From: Candidatus Hydrogenedentota bacterium
Lineage (GTDB): Bacteria; Hydrogenedentota; Hydrogenedentia; Hydrogenedentales; SLHB01
Direction of reading: 5' to 3'
DNA length: 64,000 nucleotides
NCBI GenBank assembly: GCA_963745075.1
Contig: CAVUWV010000017.1
Span: forward strand, 123,947-187,946
The notes beneath the pieces are model-generated. The model worked only from the letters and a program-made list of their open reading frames with translations. It did no database searches and had not been told where the DNA came from. Below, one piece after another: positions 60,412-64,000 of the stretch. Position 1 is the stretch's first letter, and each line of letters opens with the position of its first letter. The position numbers were made by a program, and so were the translations under genes.

Positions 60412-63298
60412 ATGAAGAAGTTTCTAGCGTTGCTTGTCGCGGCTGTGCTGACGGCGTTGCCGGGGTGGGCCGGGGAAGACGCCGGGCCCATCCGTGTCTA
60501 CGATCACCTGCTCGACCCTGCCACAAATCCGGACTACACCCGCCGTCCCGTCCAACCGCCGACCTGGGATACCTTTGGCAACCGGACCCGCTTCGTGACG
60601 CTACGCGGATTCGGGATTCAGGACGACCAGATTGTCGACTATCAGCAGGAGTTGGACAAATACACGAAGACGTATCGCCTCGGCAACGTCATCTGGCCAT
60701 CCTATCCCATCATCTTCGCGGACAACCTGGGCGACCTAGCGGACGAAATCAAGCGCCGCGATCTCTTCCTGTTCGACATTTGGGGCTATGTTCCCGGATC
60801 CGGTCCGGGCGGGTATTGGCAGCAATACCACCCGCCGGCGGGCGTGTTCGACATGCTCGAATCCAAACTCGGGGACCACTGGCTGGGCATGGACGTCGGC
60901 GAACAGGACGGCCGCTACGTGGGCGGTTACGCGACGCAGATGTATCCCATCTCCGACGACCGCGTGGCGCAATACCTCAATTTCCAACACCACTTCCAGG
61001 CCATGACCGATGAACTCGGCAACAAGATGTCTACGCTCGTCTCGCTGAATTTCGGTCATTACTTTCTGAAGGAGGGTGTGTACACCACCATCGGCGCGGA
61101 GACTGCGCAAGGCCTGCCGAACGGCCAGGTCTACTACGCCTTCATTCGCGGCGCGGGCAAGCAATACGGCGTGCCCTGGTTTGGCAATGCGTCCGTGTGG
61201 AATCGCTGGGGCTACAAAACCTACGGTGCGGAAGGCGACAACCACGGTCCGGACAAGGGCACCAGCCTGAGTTTGTTGAAACGTCTGCTCTACAGCCACA
61301 TCCTGTACAACTGCGTCTTCGTTGGATACGAATCGGGCTGGTTGAACGGCGACGAACTCACCCCCATCGGCCGCATGCAACAAGCGGCCCGCGAGTGGAC
61401 CGAAACCAATGGCCAACCGGGCACAATGCTGACGCCGGTTGCCGTCATGACGGACTTCTTCTCAGGCTGGTCGTTTCCGCGACACTTGTACACCAACAAC
61501 GTCCTGCGTGTCTGGGGCAATCTCCCGTACGAGTCCGGCGACTACCTCACCGACAACGTGCTCGACCTGTTCTATCCCGGGTATCAGGACTCTTCGTTCT
61601 TCCACGACGAAACCGGGTTCATCGTCCCGACGCCGCGCGGCGACAGCGTGGATTGTCTGTTGAGCGACGCGCCGGGCTGGGTGTTGGCGCAATACCCGTT
61701 GCTCATCATCGCCGACGAGCTTCACGGCGGTGCGGAACTTCGCGATAAGCTCGCCGCCTACGTCGAGCAAGGTGGACATCTCGTCATCACCGCCGGAAGC
61801 TTGGCCAACTTACCAGGCGGACTGGGCGGTATTCGAGTCGCTGGTGCGCCCGTCCGAGTGAACAGTGTCGTGACCGAGTCGAACGGTCGGCAGTACGACG
61901 AAGACCCCTTCGACGTGGTCCCCCTCGATTGTTCGGGTGCCACCGTCGTTCAGACTTGCGTTGCGCCGTCCGGCGAAGAGTTGCCCGCTACCGTCGAACT
62001 AGAATCTGGGAAGGGGCACATCACCGTGTTCGCTTCGCCCTTCGGTTTGGCGGCGGAAGCGCGGAGTGGCGTCATTCACAACGATATCGACAAGGCGTAC
62101 GCTACGCCCTATCCCATGTTGCACCATGTCCGCGCGAAGCTGAACGATCTGGCGCACGAACAATGCCTTTTTGAAACGCCGGAAGGGTTGAGCCTTATCG
62201 TGTGCCGGCGCGCTCCCGGTGAATACACCTTGGGACTTTGCAATGATTCGTTATCGCCGAAACCGTTTACCATTGTCTCGCGTTGCGGTCCCATCCAATC
62301 CATCGAAGATCTGCCCCTGGACCAATCGGAAAAGGGCGCGGCCGGATACCTGCCCACCGGTCTCGACGGCACGGATGTCGGTACCAGCACAGACACAACG
62401 ATCGCCGCCGGCGATGTGAAGATCTTTCGAGTTACGGTACGCGAGGAGAATGTCCAAGAGATACCCGTTACCACGCCGCCGACGCGCCCGGAAGGCCGGA
62501 TTCTTCCCCTTCGCGCGTGCACGTCTATCCAGGAGGCGGTTCTCATCCGGCCCACCTTCTTCCAGCACTTTGACTCCGTCGCCGTCGATTGGCGCTACGT
62601 GCACGAACGCGATGCCCAGACGCTCGCGCGTGAAGCCGATTGGATTGGCAAGCAAAGCCTTCGCGTGTATGTCGACCTGACCTCGGGTGTCAATCTGTAC
62701 CCCGATCTCCGCCTGGTCGATAACGATCCCGATGCGTTCGGCGCGAGCATGGAGATCGTCCATGATGTGCTCGATAAGATGACCGCCCTGAGGATCCACC
62801 GATCTCATCGTGTCCCTGCACCGCCGCCCCGAAAACAATTTCACCGGCGAACAGACCGAGCAATCCTTCGACGAGACGTTGCGAACGCTTTGCGCGGATG
62901 CCCAGTCACACGGCATCACCGTCTACCTCCGCCAAAGCCCCAAAGCCGGGGATCGGTTGCAGGCCATCGTCGATCGCATCGATCGCGTCGGCGCTCCCAA
63001 CCTGCGCTGGGCCGCGTCAACCGCCTTACTCCTGCACCAGAAAGCGGACCCCGGCGAGGTTGCCGCGCTCGTCAACGGCACGCCTGGCCTGTGGCTGGCC
63101 AGCGCGCCCGCTTACGATATCGCCGGCACCCCATGGACCATGAATGCCCCGCTCGCCCGTAACGTCGGCCGTGAAACCCTCGCCAAACTCCTTGCCGCCG
63201 CCCCGGCCGCCCCCATCTTGGTGGACGCTGTTTACACCGATTGGGACGGGGAGTACCTGGAAATACACTTCGCCGACGCTGCCATCGCCGACCGCTGA
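60412..63298 (+). CDS. Large secreted hypothetical protein, possibly carbohydrate-active; +1 frameshift near 62790
   Basis: Signal peptide MKKFLALL; GEQDGRY and AETAQ acidic motifs; after CTG-A-GGA the 62810-63298 frame continues a protein-like sequence. Confidence 0.65.
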
Positions 63299-63315
63299 TC
63301 CACACGTTGGGTCCT

Positions 63316-63339
63316 GTCCATAGCGTCCATACCGTCCAT
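63316..63339 (+). repeat. 9-bp-period GTCCAT repeat (3 units), intergenic
   Basis: GTCCAT-agc-GTCCAT-acc-GTCCAT. Confidence 0.55.
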
Positions 63340-63454
63340 CGTTTCTCGAATAGCCTGCGCCCCGCCACCAACCTCACCTTTTCTCCCCCAATATCGACTA
63401 GTCAGTGAATTCAGAGGCGGCAGCGGTCCATACTGAAACGGAGAGGATGCGGAA

Positions 63455-64000
63455 ATGTCCGACGCGGAAATCGTTACCCAGGTGCTTGCGGGCAACACGG
63501 CCCGGTTCGAGGCGCTGCTGCGCAGATACGCCCCCATGGTGCGCGGGCTCTGCGCCAGCCATGTGTACGACCCGAGCGCCCTGGACGACCTCGTCCAGGA
63601 ATCCTTCGTCGCGGGTTACGTCAATCTGCACACCCTCAGAGACCGCCGGAAGTTCGGACCGTGGATTGCCCAAATCACGCGGAACAAATGCCAGTCCTGG
63701 TTGCGGCAACGCGTGCGCGAAGAACGCGGCCAAGACCGGCTCCAGGCCGAACCGACGACCAACGCTTCGCCGGACCCCCTGAGCCAACTTGCGCGCAAGG
63801 AACTGTGCGAATGGGTCCGCAACCAGATCGGCACGCTTCCGGACAAGACCCGTGAGGCTATGCTCCTCTGTTACGTGGAAGGATTGAAGATCCGCGAAGC
63901 CGCCGAGTTTCTCGACGCCAGCGAGTCCTCCATCAAGAAACGCCTCCAATACGGCCGCGACCAACTCGGCGAAAAGATCTGGACCGAGCTCGGCGAACTC
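63455..64000 (+). CDS. ECF sigma-70 factor (3' truncated by window; not in the ORF track)
   Basis: Hand translation MSDAEIVTQVLAGNTARFEALLRRY...DDLVQESFVAGY...KFGPWIAQITRN...REAMLLCYVEGL...SIKKRLQYGR; no stop before the window end. Confidence 0.88.
   Translation, partial: MSDAEIVTQVLAGNTARFEALLRRYAPMVRGLCASHVYDPSALDDLVQESFVAGYVNLHTLRDRRKFGPWIAQITRNKCQSWLRQRVREERGQDRLQAEPTTNASPDPLSQLARKELCEWVRNQIGTLPDKTREAMLLCYVEGLKIREAAEFLDASESSIKKRLQYGRDQLGEKIWTELGEL

Overview
GC-rich bacterial chromosomal window. The gene content (many ECF sigma factors, DUF1080, DUF2961, Tat Gfo/Idh/MocA) looks like a PVC-like or Ca. Hydrogenedentota organism; this is an inference only. Housekeeping content: the 3' end of a UvrD/PcrA helicase; recF-DUF721(dciA)-gyrB-gyrA with no dnaA/dnaN beside it; tRNA-Ser(CGA); tRNA-Gln(TTG)-prs-rplY-pth-ilvN-ilvC; a zinc-ribbon protein, accD and folC. 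Accessory content: a sucrose synthase/sucrose-phosphate synthase-phosphatase/fructokinase operon, a creB-creC-X-creD locus with a triple cre-tag, four ECF sigma factors (one fused to a ~750-aa exported tail), transporters and carbohydrate enzymes. The most striking signal is a family of four 50-69 aa peptide genes: three in tandem at 482-1304 (one missed by the ORF track) and one inserted between recF and dciA at 8153-8326. They share a 15-17 aa leader, M-[KS]-H-[IV]-x-x-[VIL]-[ST]-x(3-5)-P-[AV]-x-A, followed by unrelated Trp- or Cys-rich cores. Each has its own Shine-Dalgarno, and both loci end in a terminator. This is a candidate undescribed leader/core (RiPP-like or secreted-peptide) system. 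Many apparent single-base frameshifts, mostly between 24 and 35 kb, are probably sequencing or assembly indels. No CRISPR array, rRNA or transposase was seen.
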